Part shown: one piece after another, positions 28,040 through 39,131 of the stretch
How the letters are laid out: every line of letters starts with the position of its first letter
How positions within the stretch are numbered: position 1 is the first letter of the stretch
DNA from: Opitutales bacterium
GTDB lineage: Bacteria; Verrucomicrobiota; Verrucomicrobiia; Opitutales; PNEW01
Length of the DNA stretch: 64,000 nt
Reading direction: 5' to 3'
Assembly: GCA_965197745.1 (NCBI GenBank)
Contig: CBDANS010000006.1
Location: 576,001-640,000 of the forward strand
Translations under genes and position numbers: made by a program
Notes under the pieces: generated by a model
What the model was told of the DNA's origin: nothing
Database searches by the model: none
Seen by the model: the letters and a program-made list of their open reading frames with translations, nothing else

Positions 28040-28705
28040 CTACCACTTTATTGGCAGGTCTAATATTTCAGTCACATGACTGACTTTCCAGTCATAAACT
28101 GGCTTCTCTTCATCGGGCCATGGTTGATTTCCCGATACCCATACCGTTGACATTCCGACATTATGAGCGCCCATGATATCAGCCCGCGGGTTGTCGCCAA
28201 TAAACAGGCATTCACCTGCGGTTGCGTCAAGTGACTCTATTATCGAGGTAAATATATCCGGATCGGGCTTATGCTTACCAAAAGCCCCGGATATAAGGTA
28301 GCAGTCAACAATATCCGCGATTCCAGAATTCAAGAGCTTTGCTTTTTGACTTAACTCAGAACCATTTGTGACCACGCCTAAACGCATCCCCTTAGCGCTG
28401 AGTGTGTTCAGCAGCGTTGTCACCCCTTCAAATAAGACGGGGGATTTCCAGGCATTACGATTAAAATCATGGAGCAGGTCATCGGATAATAGCTCAAGAT
28501 TCAGTCGGTTTACCAGCTCCTCATAGAGATCAGGCCTTGGCGTGAGACCGTGAGCGTCTAACTCCACAAATACATCGATGTAACGCGATGGATCAATACT
28601 ACTGTTATTTAATATTCGGTGATGTTGATCTTTAGCGATGTATCTTATTGAAGTTTCGCGGTCCAGGAGCGTTTCATCCAAATCAAATAGGGCTGCCTTT
28701 ATCAT
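28040..28705 (-). CDS. HAD-superfamily hydrolase
   Basis: FDLDETL, VTNG, KPDP.IF, IGDNP.ADI.GA. Confidence 0.92.
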   Translation of the reverse strand: MIKAALFDLDETLLDRETSIRYIAKDQHHRILNNSSIDPSRYIDVFVELDAHGLTPRPDLYEELVNRLNLELLSDDLLHDFNRNAWKSPVLFEGVTTLLNTLSAKGMRLGVVTNGSELSQKAKLLNSGIADIVDCYLISGAFGKHKPDPDIFTSIIESLDATAGECLFIGDNPRADIMGAHNVGMSTVWVSGNQPWPDEEKPVYDWKVSHVTEILDLPIKW

Positions 28706-28721
28706 AGATCGAGATTCCGTT

Positions 28722-29445
28722 TTATATCATTTCTTTATTTCTTCTATAGGCCCCATCGATAAAAAACGGGACACAATTGCTGACATTTACCTGCCCTGCC
28801 AGTTCTATATCTCGACCCTCATTTTTAGCCAATTTTTCTTTTCCCGATCCGCAATTGTGCAGCTTTACCGCGAGTGAGGTCCTGCAATTTTCAAATAACG
28901 CTTTTGCGCCCTCGGCCTCAGGTGAAAGCGTGCCTCCAAAATGTGTAATGATCGCACCTGCTCCTGCCAAGTCCTCAAAGCAGGGTCGCAGCGAATCGTC
29001 GTCCCATCGCTCTCCGGCGGGGACCACTCCAATTTTCCAGCCAAGCTTCATCGCTGATTCCGCAACGACCCGACTATTGCGAAAGCATCCCGCAATAACC
29101 GGGGTAGAACCTGCCGCGAGGGTAATCGTAGAACCGTTTGGCGAAGGAAAGAACGAGACGTGTGATATCCGGCAAATTGACGAGCGACTCCGGAGATAAT
29201 GTGAACCCATTACGATTTTTCCTGTCGGCGACTTCCGCCTGCATTTGCTCAGCAAAGGCATAAACCCTTTCATCCCTCCAGCGATAGGGGTAGACGACCG
29301 CGCCCTTGCTTACCGCGATATCAAGACTGGTGGAGAACGAAAAAATATCGACGATCACTAGAACATCGCAATCGGGAGCGAGAACCGTAACCCCCTGTTC
29401 CCCCCATTCACAACGTATGTCGTATTCGGATTGATCAAATAACAT
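28722..29445 (-). pseudogene. comB: 2-phosphosulfolactate phosphatase (ComB) family, +1 frameshift near 29150
   Basis: VIVDIFSFST..LSP.SL..RLVL in one frame; PSPNGS..GCFRN..AGERW..RP..ED..GAG in the next; one extra T in a T-run. Confidence 0.82.
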
Positions 29446-29464
29446 TAGTATAATTCTGAAGAGA

Positions 29465-30142
29465 TTATTGGATGATTTTATTAAATATCACAGGTAGAAA
29501 CGTATCCCAGTTATGACCATCGGGACAATAATCAATTGTATCTAAATTCTTATAGGAAGACAAAGTATCGAGCGCGAGTGCTTTAGCTCCATCCCAAAAA
29601 TTAAGATAAGACTCGTATCCACACAGGCCACTTTTTTGAGCGTAGGGTTCATCTAATATTATTTTCATATTCTTCTCTAACCATATTTCTCCACGTACCT
29701 TACCGAGCCAATCAAAATGATTTTTAATATTATCAGGCCATAAGTAGACTAATAATACTGAAATGTTCTCAAAAATTCGGTCTATTCGTAAAAGGTGTGA
29801 TTTTATATTTTCAACAGCCTCATTAAAGGTGAAATAGGTTGTTGCCATATTATTGTAAAAGTATCCGTCGATTAAATACACTTTTTGATCCGATCTGGTT
29901 AAATTCACCAATGCTTCCCATCTTTCGATAAAATCAAAAACTGGAGGGATTTCTCTATAATCCGGTGGTTCTAATAAATGATTAACATCATTAGCTAAGA
30001 ATACTTCACTATCGATTCCCCGATCAGAGAGCATTTGTTGAAGTGACTTAACCGAAGTGGTCTTCCCGGATCCGTTTATTCCATCAATAATAACAATTCG
30101 ATAATTCGGGGTCTGCTTCATTATAGATTTTTTGGAGAGCAA
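29465..30142 (-). CDS. P-loop kinase-like protein (thymidylate kinase-like)
   Basis: DGINGSGKTT. Confidence 0.7.
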   Translation of the reverse strand: MLSKKSIMKQTPNYRIVIIDGINGSGKTTSVKSLQQMLSDRGIDSEVFLANDVNHLLEPPDYREIPPVFDFIERWEALVNLTRSDQKVYLIDGYFYNNMATTYFTFNEAVENIKSHLLRIDRIFENISVLLVYLWPDNIKNHFDWLGKVRGEIWLEKNMKIILDEPYAQKSGLCGYESYLNFWDGAKALALDTLSSYKNLDTIDYCPDGHNWDTFLPVIFNKIIQ

Positions 30143-30241
30143 GAGGTTTTGATAAAATAAAATATGTTACCCGATCCTGTTTGCTTCAAGCTTCAGATAT
30201 CTGCTTTCCGAAGAGTTAGTCTGAAAGTGAGCTGGGAGAGC

Positions 30242-31273
30242 TTAGTATGTCAAAAGTGCTTTCACCACTTTGCGCTGACTGATGGCTACTAAGGCGTCGT
30301 TGATTTCATCGATGGGAAAGCGATGGGTAATGAAATCATCTCCAGAGATACTGCCTTTGCGCACCCACTCGGTGAGTGTCTCTTGTGCTTCTTTCTCAAA
30401 TAACCGCGTGGGCCATTGGTGTACGAAGATGTTGTAGTTAAAGTCACCTAATGCATTCGGAACCGTAAATTCCTCAGTTCCCGCGTAAAACCCATAAACA
30501 CACATGGAGCCACCGCGCTTCAATAGTGGCAACCCCGCAGGGACGAGTTCCGGCACACCTACCGCATCTACAACGGCATCGAGTTGACGTCCTTTGCTTG
30601 CAATCTCCGGGGCGTCGCGATCATAGACATCATCAGCGCCGAAACTTTTCGCACGTTCGCGCTTCTCGGGATGTCGATCAACCAGTCCGATCCAACCGAG
30701 TCCAAATAACCGGCCTAATCTCACAAAACTTTGTCCCACGGGCCCACCACCGTAGATCAAAACGTCAACACCCGGTTTTAGATGGAAATCACGAAACGCC
30801 CCTAACACTTCGCGCCAAGTGCAAAACAAAACAGCATCTTCGGGGGAAATGTCACTAGCGACAGGAGTCTGAATCTCAAAAACTTCAACCCAGCCGTGAT
30901 CTTCATCTGCAACACCGTCTTGCACCATTGCCTCGTGATCATTTGCTAACACATACTCACAAAACCCACCCCATCCGGATTCTATACCATCCACGCCAAG
31001 ATCAAACACCAGTCCGCTGACCGCGCGTTCATCCACTTTGAAATGGCGCACTTTCGCACCGACTTCCTGAACCAGGCCGACGCTCTCATGCCCCAAGGCG
31101 AATGGAAACGCTTTCTCCATACCCGGAAAATGACCGCTAACGAGTTCGCCATCAGTTTTGTTGCAAAGGCAAGCAACTTCTGTTTTCACCAATGCCTGGT
31201 AGGGACCCGGTTTTGGAATCGGCGTGTCGACGATCTCAACCTGTTCTGGTGCGGTGACAATAACGGATTTCAC
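30242..31273 (-). CDS. Zn-binding dehydrogenase (MDR family)
   Basis: C..TD, LGHESVG, GGGPVG, DAVG. Confidence 0.88.
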   Translation of the reverse strand: MKSVIVTAPEQVEIVDTPIPKPGPYQALVKTEVACLCNKTDGELVSGHFPGMEKAFPFALGHESVGLVQEVGAKVRHFKVDERAVSGLVFDLGVDGIESGWGGFCEYVLANDHEAMVQDGVADEDHGWVEVFEIQTPVASDISPEDAVLFCTWREVLGAFRDFHLKPGVDVLIYGGGPVGQSFVRLGRLFGLGWIGLVDRHPEKRERAKSFGADDVYDRDAPEIASKGRQLDAVVDAVGVPELVPAGLPLLKRGGSMCVYGFYAGTEEFTVPNALGDFNYNIFVHQWPTRLFEKEAQETLTEWVRKGSISGDDFITHRFPIDEINDALVAISQRKVVKALLTY

Positions 31274-31347
31274 ACCGCTAATTCAGTTATCAATCGATGT
31301 ATTGACAAGCTTAGATCACCGAGCGAGCGGCGTGACCCTTTAGCTTC

Positions 31348-32265
31348 TTAGCTTTTTATGGCTGCCGGCGGCTTTTCCCAGTACTGTCGTTTAAAGTGAA
31401 AAATCGATCGCAACCTGTCTACATCCATATCTGGAAAGTGTGCTTCTATTAAATCATAGGTCTCATCCACTAAATTATAAATTAATGAGTCCGCTTCTTC
31501 AGGTTTAATGATGAATACGTTTCTCATTCTCTCTATGAATCGTTCCGGTTTTATATCAAAGGTCTGGGCCTCATGATAAACCCATTTAAATCCGCAAAAA
31601 TACCTTCCATTTAAAGCCAGAAGAATCCTTAATAGCTTTTCTTCAATAGCGGTAAAACTGGAGTATAAACTCAACAGGTTCTCGTTTCTCTTTAGAAACA
31701 TTTTCCAACACCAGAAGTGATCAATCTGTGCATGGCGATTAATCACTGCTCTTGCCAGTTCAGTCGGGTACTCACGAGCTTGTGATATCCACACCTCAAT
31801 CATCTCGATACCACAGAAGGGAATGGCATCGACTACTCCTGCAACCAGGTTTTGCTTGAGATCATCAGGATTATATTCTTCCGTTACTTCATTTATGACT
31901 CTTTCGATGAATTCTGTTTTATGATGGGCCACTTCGACAAGACTGCCAGAGGCCCTGTTCCCCCCGTTGTCGGTGCCCAGATAAAAATCATCGTTCCACA
32001 GTTCTTCATCGGCGTTATAGGAATGGATCCCTACATATTGTTTATCTATAAAATCTAAAGAATGAACAACCTTGCTTCTCTCTTCTTTTAATGGGTCTTC
32101 ACTCCAGAAGACCCCTAATTCAATGTCTGAATGACCGTCAGCACATCCACGGGCGGAAGATCCTCCTAAAAATACGGCGTCAACTTTACTATTCTCAGCG
32201 TAACGTTTGGCAATTTGCTCTGCAATCCGTCGACGCCAAAGACTGTCTTCGCTAATATCATTCAT
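31348..32265 (-). CDS. Nucleotidyltransferase-domain protein
   Basis: GGSSARG.AD.HSDIEL. Confidence 0.75.
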   Translation of the reverse strand: MNDISEDSLWRRRIAEQIAKRYAENSKVDAVFLGGSSARGCADGHSDIELGVFWSEDPLKEERSKVVHSLDFIDKQYVGIHSYNADEELWNDDFYLGTDNGGNRASGSLVEVAHHKTEFIERVINEVTEEYNPDDLKQNLVAGVVDAIPFCGIEMIEVWISQAREYPTELARAVINRHAQIDHFWCWKMFLKRNENLLSLYSSFTAIEEKLLRILLALNGRYFCGFKWVYHEAQTFDIKPERFIERMRNVFIIKPEEADSLIYNLVDETYDLIEAHFPDMDVDRLRSIFHFKRQYWEKPPAAIKS

Positions 32266-32277
32266 TCTTAGACCATT

Positions 32278-33282
32278 TTATTCTATATTTTCCAGTTTTC
32301 GTAGAACCATTACAATTTCATTATACAACTGATCCCCATCCAACCTCACTAATTGAGCTAAAGGATATTTATTTGCTAACTCCTTCGCAACACGCCACCC
32401 TATATAATAACCACTGTTTGTTGGGAATTCAGCATTCGGATTATAGAAAAATTTTCCGATGTCTTCTTCCGAAGTTGCATCAAGATTATTACGGACTTCC
32501 TTGGCAAGTATTGGTAAGAGAGGTATGATTTCTTCTTCGAGTGCATGAGCATCTGAAAGAATTTCGCGATCCGATACTTCGGGATTCAAGACCTTACTCA
32601 CATATGCGGCAAGACCTTCAGCCCAAACAAGTGTATATAATTCTGGAAATTCATCTTCAAAAAACAATTTCTGTGCTACATCTTTCATCTCTGGGACAAG
32701 TTCTAAATGGTATACATGGAATAGCTCATGATGTATAAATGGACCAGTAACCGAACTGTATGACCTTGCAATGGCATCCAACCCTAAAAACAGTGCCATT
32801 TTCCCGTTTATGGGCCTCGCCTGTCCCTCAAAAGTGTAGAGTGAAGGCATCAAATATACGGTAGTTCTTCCTTCAAAATCAGGGAAATACTTAAGAAATT
32901 GCATCCAGAAAGAGATTAAGTAATGGGGTGTTAGTTCACTACCGTATCGTCGCATTTCCGGTATTATCGGTTGAATACTTTCAAGATAGTTTTCTATTCG
33001 CTCATCACTGATCTCTCCCATCATTTTGCTCTGATACAGTTCTCGATTGGGAATTATGAGTATCTCCCGAAAGAGACTAATTTTTGCACCATCGTCTAAT
33101 CCTTCTGCATTATCCCAAAAATTCCAGAAGTCAGGCATCACATCAATGATCTCAAAAGGGTAGGCAGATGTAAGCGCATCAGTCTTAATGGCGTCAGGTT
33201 GCGAACCAATAAGAGAGTATGGTACCGTTTTGAATGATACGGATATCAAAATCAGACCGAAAAATAGGGTCACTCTTTTCAT
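32278..33282 (-). CDS. Secreted putative Zn-dependent protease (DUF2268-like)
   Basis: HELFH, EGLA, GYYIG. Confidence 0.72.
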   Translation of the reverse strand: MKRVTLFFGLILISVSFKTVPYSLIGSQPDAIKTDALTSAYPFEIIDVMPDFWNFWDNAEGLDDGAKISLFREILIIPNRELYQSKMMGEISDERIENYLESIQPIIPEMRRYGSELTPHYLISFWMQFLKYFPDFEGRTTVYLMPSLYTFEGQARPINGKMALFLGLDAIARSYSSVTGPFIHHELFHVYHLELVPEMKDVAQKLFFEDEFPELYTLVWAEGLAAYVSKVLNPEVSDREILSDAHALEEEIIPLLPILAKEVRNNLDATSEEDIGKFFYNPNAEFPTNSGYYIGWRVAKELANKYPLAQLVRLDGDQLYNEIVMVLRKLENIE

Positions 33283-33309
33283 GACATTAATTGGATGAGG
33301 TCCGGTCTG

Positions 33310-34197
33310 TTATTCTTCTATACCTGTTACCGGAAGCATGTCTTTCATTCCTCCAAGATGCGTCATAAACCACGATAGATCTTTAGTCCGTATACCACCC
33401 AGTACGCATTGAAGTTCAAAAGTACCCGCCCAAAAGCGTGCGCGGTCTTTTGCTTCTAAAAGTTCCGGATAATATTTATTCATTCTCTGAACGAAATTTT
33501 CTCCATAGTAATATAAGATGCAGGCTAAATCTGCCGCAGGGTCCCCCACTCCTGCTGTCCCGAAATCAATAACCCCGTTAATCTGTTTCTTCACTGAATC
33601 ATAAAGGATATGATACGCGCCCATATCGCCGTTAATAAGAGCGGGACGGTATTCCATTGAAATCCTGCCAGTAATAATGGGTTCAAAATGCCTTCTCACC
33701 AATTCCTTAGAGTGGCTCATCATGTGCGGGAAGAGTTGATCTTGAATATCTTCGTATAGTTTAGACCAGACTTCACGGGTTCTATTGACATCTGAAGGTC
33801 CAATTTCATTTTCCGTCCACTTTACTTCCGGGATAGTATGTAAATTTTTAAGGAATTGGGCCAATTGCCGGGCTAAGCTGTCCTGTTCACTATCATTGAG
33901 AATGACGATATCATTTCGCAGCAGGGGTTTTCCGGGAATATAGGGGTAGGAGACAAAATCGTCTTCTCTTACATCAAAATCGGGCACCGTGATCTTAACA
34001 AAGGGTGCGATCAATTTAACAATTTTAATTTCTTGCATGAGTATCTTTGCGTAAGCGCTTTTCTTAGCAAAGCGAAAAACGCGTTCATCGTTTAAGATCA
34101 GAACATCATTAATCAACCCATCCTTATTCTCACGAATATTGTTGATATCAATGTCAGGAAATCGATCTTTGATTCTCTTTAAATAATGCTCATTCAT
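33310..34197 (-). CDS. Aminoglycoside phosphotransferase family protein
   Basis: VFRF, INGDMG..HIL, GVIDFG....GDPA.D. Confidence 0.88.
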   Translation of the reverse strand: MNEHYLKRIKDRFPDIDINNIRENKDGLINDVLILNDERVFRFAKKSAYAKILMQEIKIVKLIAPFVKITVPDFDVREDDFVSYPYIPGKPLLRNDIVILNDSEQDSLARQLAQFLKNLHTIPEVKWTENEIGPSDVNRTREVWSKLYEDIQDQLFPHMMSHSKELVRRHFEPIITGRISMEYRPALINGDMGAYHILYDSVKKQINGVIDFGTAGVGDPAADLACILYYYGENFVQRMNKYYPELLEAKDRARFWAGTFELQCVLGGIRTKDLSWFMTHLGGMKDMLPVTGIEE

Positions 34198-34958
34198 GAC
34201 TTTAATGCTTCAAAATAAAAGCGGTGGCTCTGAACATTGAGACTTCTTTTTTCCTGGATCTGCTCATGAATCTTAAATAACCTGTCGCGGTAATTCTCTA
34301 TGGTGAAATCAGGGAATTGCCAGGGAATCATCCTTAAGTAATAAACAATTGCGCCAACATCGAGAAACCGTGTTGTTGGAAATGCTTCACCTTTTTCACC
34401 TATTTCAAAACCTGCAATTTCAATTTCCCTTACCGCATTATCTAAATTCCATTTTTCGAAATTTTTGGTAGGATTATCTTGTAAGAGCTCGTTTAACCTG
34501 AAGTTGTTTTCTCCACCAACTTGTTGCGTTATGAACCGACCCCCACTCTTTAGAATTCGATAAACTTCGTTTGGTGAATACGCTTCATGATGATTTATTA
34601 CTAATCCAAAGTAATTGTCATCAAAAGGTAATGTAAAGTCATCCGTTATCTCAACTACTTGAATACCCAGTGGTTCTAACTTTCTACGAGCAACAGGGAC
34701 ATTGGGTGGGTGCCCTTCTGTGGCAACCGTATTTTTTGGCAAACCACTTATAGTTGCTAAAAACTCACCCCCACCAGTTCCCATGTCCAACAAAGAAATG
34801 TCAGAATTAATTCTATTGGAAACAATCTCACGATAATTCCAGCTAAGATCTTCTTCTTGGAATCGCCCATCCATAAATGAGAAATCCCATCCCGATATCT
34901 CCTGCTTTAAAGCTTCTGATATCAATGATTCGAAAGATAAGTTAAGGGGTGTTGTCAT
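34194..34958 (-). CDS. Class I SAM-dependent methyltransferase
   Basis: GWDFS, LDMGTGGGE, RILK.GG.FITQQVG. Confidence 0.92.
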   Translation of the reverse strand: MTTPLNLSFESLISEALKQEISGWDFSFMDGRFQEEDLSWNYREIVSNRINSDISLLDMGTGGGEFLATISGLPKNTVATEGHPPNVPVARRKLEPLGIQVVEITDDFTLPFDDNYFGLVINHHEAYSPNEVYRILKSGGRFITQQVGGENNFRLNELLQDNPTKNFEKWNLDNAVREIEIAGFEIGEKGEAFPTTRFLDVGAIVYYLRMIPWQFPDFTIENYRDRLFKIHEQIQEKRSLNVQSHRFYFEALKS

Positions 34959-35513
34959 TAGGGGAAATTGAATACAATTTCAAATCATGGAGAACGCCGT
35001 TCCTCTCGCGAGCTTTTTTCAATACCCCTTCATAACACATCCCTGACTTTTCAAGCACCCGGGATGATGCATTGTTGTCCATCATACAAGTTCCTTCAAT
35101 TCGTTTGAGCTTCAAATTAGTGAATCCATAATCGATCACTTTCCGCGTTGCTTCAGTAGCATACCCTACGCTCCAATATTGCCTGGAGATTCCGAATGCA
35201 ATCTCAGCTTTCTTTTGAACAGGATTAAACGAATGAAAAAAGCAGTATCCAATAACTTTTTCAGATTCGATCAAGACTATCGACCAGGAGACAACATCAG
35301 AAAACATTAAAAACGAAATAAATTTATGGGTGTCATCTATAGATTTATGGGTGTTCCAAAAAGTATATTTGTCAGCTCTGAATCCGATGCGAATTCAAAT
35401 ATATCCTGAGCATCCGCGCTGTCTATTTTTCTCAATAGTAACCGGGAGGTTTGAAGTGATTGAATTGCTATTGTCGTAAGCTCTGCTCTTTTGACTTTGT
35501 TATTTTGCCTCAT
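34942..35513 (-). pseudogene. RimJ/RimL-type GNAT, frameshifted near 35370
   Basis: LQTSRLLLRKI..DAQDIFEFASD frame joins ..WNTHKS..AEIAFG..YW..GYATEA..N.AS.RVLEKSGM if one A is restored (aca aa[a] tat). Confidence 0.82.
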
Positions 35514-35574
35514 AATTTCCTAAATATAGAGGGAATCAGAGTAATAAATTGACTTCTAAAGTTAAACGGCGCGA

Positions 35575-35883
35575 CTACTTTGCCTGATCACCGAGAAACT
35601 CGCCGTCCAGCCAGCGCCTGCGCCAGCGCAGGACCTTTGTTTCTTTTCTGATACCCGCTTTTTCATAAGGGTCATCGTAGGCAAATTTTTCTGCTTCCTC
35701 TCGTGAATCAGTATCAAGCAATGAGATACCGCCAATTACCGTTGTTTTATCATCTGCCAGGAGCGCACCCGCGGCTAATAACTTCCTTCCAGCTTTACTC
35801 ACATGATCCCTGTGTGCCTCTCTTAAGCTTTCACGGATCTCACTTTTCCCCTCGTGGTCCAGGGCATAAATTAGAAAAGGCAT
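35575..35883 (-). CDS. YciI family protein
   Basis: R...R.AH, AG.L, DDPY..AG. Confidence 0.88.
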   Translation of the reverse strand: MPFLIYALDHEGKSEIRESLREAHRDHVSKAGRKLLAAGALLADDKTTVIGGISLLDTDSREEAEKFAYDDPYEKAGIRKETKVLRWRRRWLDGEFLGDQAK

Positions 35884-35906
35884 TTATTTATATTTGGTAA
35901 TGATTT

Positions 35907-36377
35907 CTATAATGCGTATGACATTTTAAAATTCAAAAACGCTACATCACAAACAGTCACTGTATTGTCATAAATATAAACAAATCCCTGGCGTTCGAAA
36001 AACGGTCTGGCGGTAATTGATACCTCAGAATATAACTGCTTTATGCATTTATCTCTGGCAACTGATTTTACGTGATTCATCAGCTTAAACATTACTCCCT
36101 GGCCGGCAAAGGATGGCAAAACATAAGTATGGTCTATATGCCCGTCAGGATCCAGCTCGATATATCCGGCTATTACACCCTTGCTATCAAAAACATAAGG
36201 TTGTTTTTCTTCACATCTTTTTCGCCAGCTATCGAGTTCATAATTGTGAGGTGCCCATGCTTCAAGTTGTCTCGAATCATAGTCTTTTGAAGCGAGTTCG
36301 TGGACTGCATCGTGGAAGATTACAGCTATCTGCTTATAATCAGCGCCGTGGCACTTGCGAATCGTTCCATTTATCAT
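35907..36377 (-). CDS. GNAT N-acetyltransferase (YafP-like)
   Basis: Y...Q..AWAP, GHID..YV.P, EVSITARPFFE. Confidence 0.9.
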   Translation of the reverse strand: MINGTIRKCHGADYKQIAVIFHDAVHELASKDYDSRQLEAWAPHNYELDSWRKRCEEKQPYVFDSKGVIAGYIELDPDGHIDHTYVLPSFAGQGVMFKLMNHVKSVARDKCIKQLYSEVSITARPFFERQGFVYIYDNTVTVCDVAFLNFKMSYAL

Positions 36378-36413
36378 ATGACCTGATAGTTGAGGACAGA
36401 CGGTATTGGTGTT

Positions 36414-36809
36414 TTATTTAAGTCTGATCAAGCCCGCTTCGGTATGGCGGAAACCGCAATGCTGATAAAAATCTCTGTATTCAGATTTATAATCGACATG
36501 AATCCATGTCATACCCGCTATTTTTGATTCTTCCACCGCGATCCGAACTAACTCGGTGCCAATTCCCTGCCTCCGGAATGTCGGATCTACGCTGGTATCC
36601 AAAATGAAGGCATGATCGCCCCCATCCCAGGCTACATTAACAAAACCTACAAATTTCTCATCGCTGTAGGCTGCAACGTAAGTCAATGAATGCTTGAGCA
36701 CAGGTTGATAATCCTCAATTTCATCATCGTGTGTATTCCAAACACGATTCATCAGGGCATTAAGTGATTCATTTTGAAGGGGTGGTTTTACCCGGTACTC
36801 AATTTGCAT
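36414..36809 (-). CDS. GNAT N-acetyltransferase
   Basis: VGFVNVAWDGG.HAFILDT.V.P..RR.GIG. Confidence 0.9.
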   Translation of the reverse strand: MQIEYRVKPPLQNESLNALMNRVWNTHDDEIEDYQPVLKHSLTYVAAYSDEKFVGFVNVAWDGGDHAFILDTSVDPTFRRQGIGTELVRIAVEESKIAGMTWIHVDYKSEYRDFYQHCGFRHTEAGLIRLK

Positions 36810-36810
36810 A

Positions 36811-37593
36811 TTAAGCCTCTACTGAGTTGTCTGGTTCGACCTTTGTTGCCTCTATGAGCAGGAATACGGGAAATTGCTTTATAAATTCAGGATCAATTAG
36901 GTCGGAATTGGCTTGATGCGGCGGTTCGTAGAAAGAGGAGACCATCAATCCCGCATTGCTTAAAGCTGTAAAGTAGGCGGTGAGACTTCTATGATAGTGA
37001 TTGTGTCCGCCAAATGAGTCAATGCGCCAGACATCCGGGTTCAGGTAACCTCTCAGCTTTTTAAAGTATTCTCCTGTCTTTTCATCCCGGTGACTTTTCT
37101 GATTAAAAAAGCAGGGATGAGGCAGACTGATAATGAATTTTCCCGATTTATTCAATACCGAGGATACCGCAGAGAATAGTAATTCAATTTCCAGTATATC
37201 CATGACCACCATGTGAGATATAACAATATCAAACTTGCGCCCAAGGTTTGGCAGCCCTTGCGATAAATCATAAACAACAAAGTCAAGGTCAGGATAAAGA
37301 GATTTGGCTCTTCCGATCAGTATATTCGATCCATCAATTCCGATAACGGACGCACTGCGATCGTGCAGTTCTTTGGTCAGCCAACCCTGCCCGCAACCAA
37401 GATCTAAAACGCTTAGACCGTTCGGATCTCCAATCAACTCCCAAAAACGATCCTTGATCTCAGGAAAACAACGATCTCCCCTGGATTCAATAATTTCAGA
37501 ATAGTGCGATGCGTTCCGATTCCAGTCCTGGATATCTTCGTCCGATTTCATCTCATTGAAAATATCGCCCATCGCCTCACTCGCACAACACAA
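36811..37593 (-). CDS. Class I SAM-dependent methyltransferase
   Basis: VLDLGCGQG, FDIV, HPCF, YHRSL; true start probably downstream of 37593. Confidence 0.9.
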   Translation of the reverse strand: MCCASEAMGDIFNEMKSDEDIQDWNRNASHYSEIIESRGDRCFPEIKDRFWELIGDPNGLSVLDLGCGQGWLTKELHDRSASVIGIDGSNILIGRAKSLYPDLDFVVYDLSQGLPNLGRKFDIVISHMVVMDILEIELLFSAVSSVLNKSGKFIISLPHPCFFNQKSHRDEKTGEYFKKLRGYLNPDVWRIDSFGGHNHYHRSLTAYFTALSNAGLMVSSFYEPPHQANSDLIDPEFIKQFPVFLLIEATKVEPDNSVEA

Positions 37594-37634
37594 ATTGCGA
37601 GGTAGTAGCGTGGTAATATATTTATAGTTTTGTC

Positions 37635-38495
37635 TTAAAATATATTATAAGCATTAGCTAAACACTGTGTTCTTAAATCGCTATCTTCAGCAAGTTTCAT
37701 CAGCCCATAAAAGGCATAAGGATATTTGAATAAGTGCCCAAGGCCGAGAGAAGAATCATTCATGCGTTGCTCCCAATAGGCTTTCTGCAGCGGGAAAAGT
37801 TCAGATGGTAAATGATCAGATCTCGGTATGTCTCTTTCAGCAGGTCCCATTCGGATACGCCCTATGAACATTCTGAAGGCTGCTTCATCCATCTTTGAAA
37901 AATCTGTGTGTCCCAGTTTCTGCAAGTCCATTATGTGAGCGCGGCTATAAGTAAGGAGATGTCCAGTCCAGCCCTGTCCATGCCCTTTAAATCTTTCGAT
38001 CGACTTAAGGAACTCAATAAGCACAAACTCTGCAGCTTTTGCCGTGATATTTAAATCGGGAATTCCGCTAACATCATCTACTGAAAATTCAGTGACCTGG
38101 AAGGATTCGGCAAGCTTGCACATACCTTTTACCCGTGATGGTGTAATCGTTTCAGGAAGATCCCGAAATGCTTTCAATGCGAGAGTTGGCAGAATGACGT
38201 TGTGACCCACTTGTCGTAGCTTACCGATTTTTTTACTCATCGTTTCGACTACTTGTTCTAGTAAGCTCGGGTCAGATTTCTCTCTGGGAAATGGCTCACA
38301 TAGCTCGGTATGAGCCCAGTGTCTATCAATCATTTTGGCGATAATATCTGATACGCCTTCTTCCACATCGTTCTCCTGGCAAAGGTAATAGGCGGAGATG
38401 ATTGCACCCCCACGATGACCATCTTCAAAGTAATTCATATTGTGGGCGCGACTGAGAGCGTTGAGCCCATGCACTAAATATTGTTCATTAAGCAT
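37635..38495 (-). CDS. Hypothetical protein with His-containing motifs
   Basis: 286-aa ORF in operon context; GH motifs (DGH, GHN, GHL x2). Confidence 0.7.
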   Translation of the reverse strand: MLNEQYLVHGLNALSRAHNMNYFEDGHRGGAIISAYYLCQENDVEEGVSDIIAKMIDRHWAHTELCEPFPREKSDPSLLEQVVETMSKKIGKLRQVGHNVILPTLALKAFRDLPETITPSRVKGMCKLAESFQVTEFSVDDVSGIPDLNITAKAAEFVLIEFLKSIERFKGHGQGWTGHLLTYSRAHIMDLQKLGHTDFSKMDEAAFRMFIGRIRMGPAERDIPRSDHLPSELFPLQKAYWEQRMNDSSLGLGHLFKYPYAFYGLMKLAEDSDLRTQCLANAYNIF

Positions 38496-38537
38496 ACGAA
38501 AGACCCCGTAATTGTGTGATTAATTGGACCTTGTTCA

Positions 38538-39131
38538 TTACGTCCAATCCTCATGGGACAGCTTAAACCGCCTGATGCGTTCGTCTATAAACTTCTGCCC
38601 ATACCTACCGTCGTTAATTATACTATCAATTTCATTGAAGCCATTTTTTTCGAGAACCCGACATGAAGCTGGATTGCCCTCCCAGCAACCACTATAAATT
38701 GTTTTAATTGCCAGATTCTCAAAAGCATAAGCAACGGCACAATGGACAGCCCTAGTCGCAACACCTCTGCCCCAGAAAGGCACACCCACCCAGTAATCTA
38801 TCTCGATAGATTGTATATCGAAATCGGGTTCATTTAATCCGATAACGCCGACGAAGTCTCCATTGAGTAAGATCGCTGATGAAAATAGTTTCTTTTGCTC
38901 CCTGGCTTCAATTCTCTGCTTCACAAACAACGCACCGCCATTTTCGGGGTAGGGATTGGGAACGTTACAGGTCTGGGCAAGACGTTCGTCAGAAGCATAT
39001 TTTTGAATATATTCCGCGTCGTCCACCTCGATAGGCCTGATCAATACATCTTGAGCATTCATTTTGTATGAGTGTAATACCAAATCGATGCTAAAAATGG
39101 GTTTGAAGAAAACTTTGAATTTGCAGCGCAA
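38538..39131 (-). CDS. RimJ/RimL-type GNAT
   Basis: PYP, YWVG..FWGRG.AT, N.AS.RVLEKNGF; start likely ~39062. Confidence 0.9.
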   Translation of the reverse strand: MRCKFKVFFKPIFSIDLVLHSYKMNAQDVLIRPIEVDDAEYIQKYASDERLAQTCNVPNPYPENGGALFVKQRIEAREQKKLFSSAILLNGDFVGVIGLNEPDFDIQSIEIDYWVGVPFWGRGVATRAVHCAVAYAFENLAIKTIYSGCWEGNPASCRVLEKNGFNEIDSIINDGRYGQKFIDERIRRFKLSHEDWT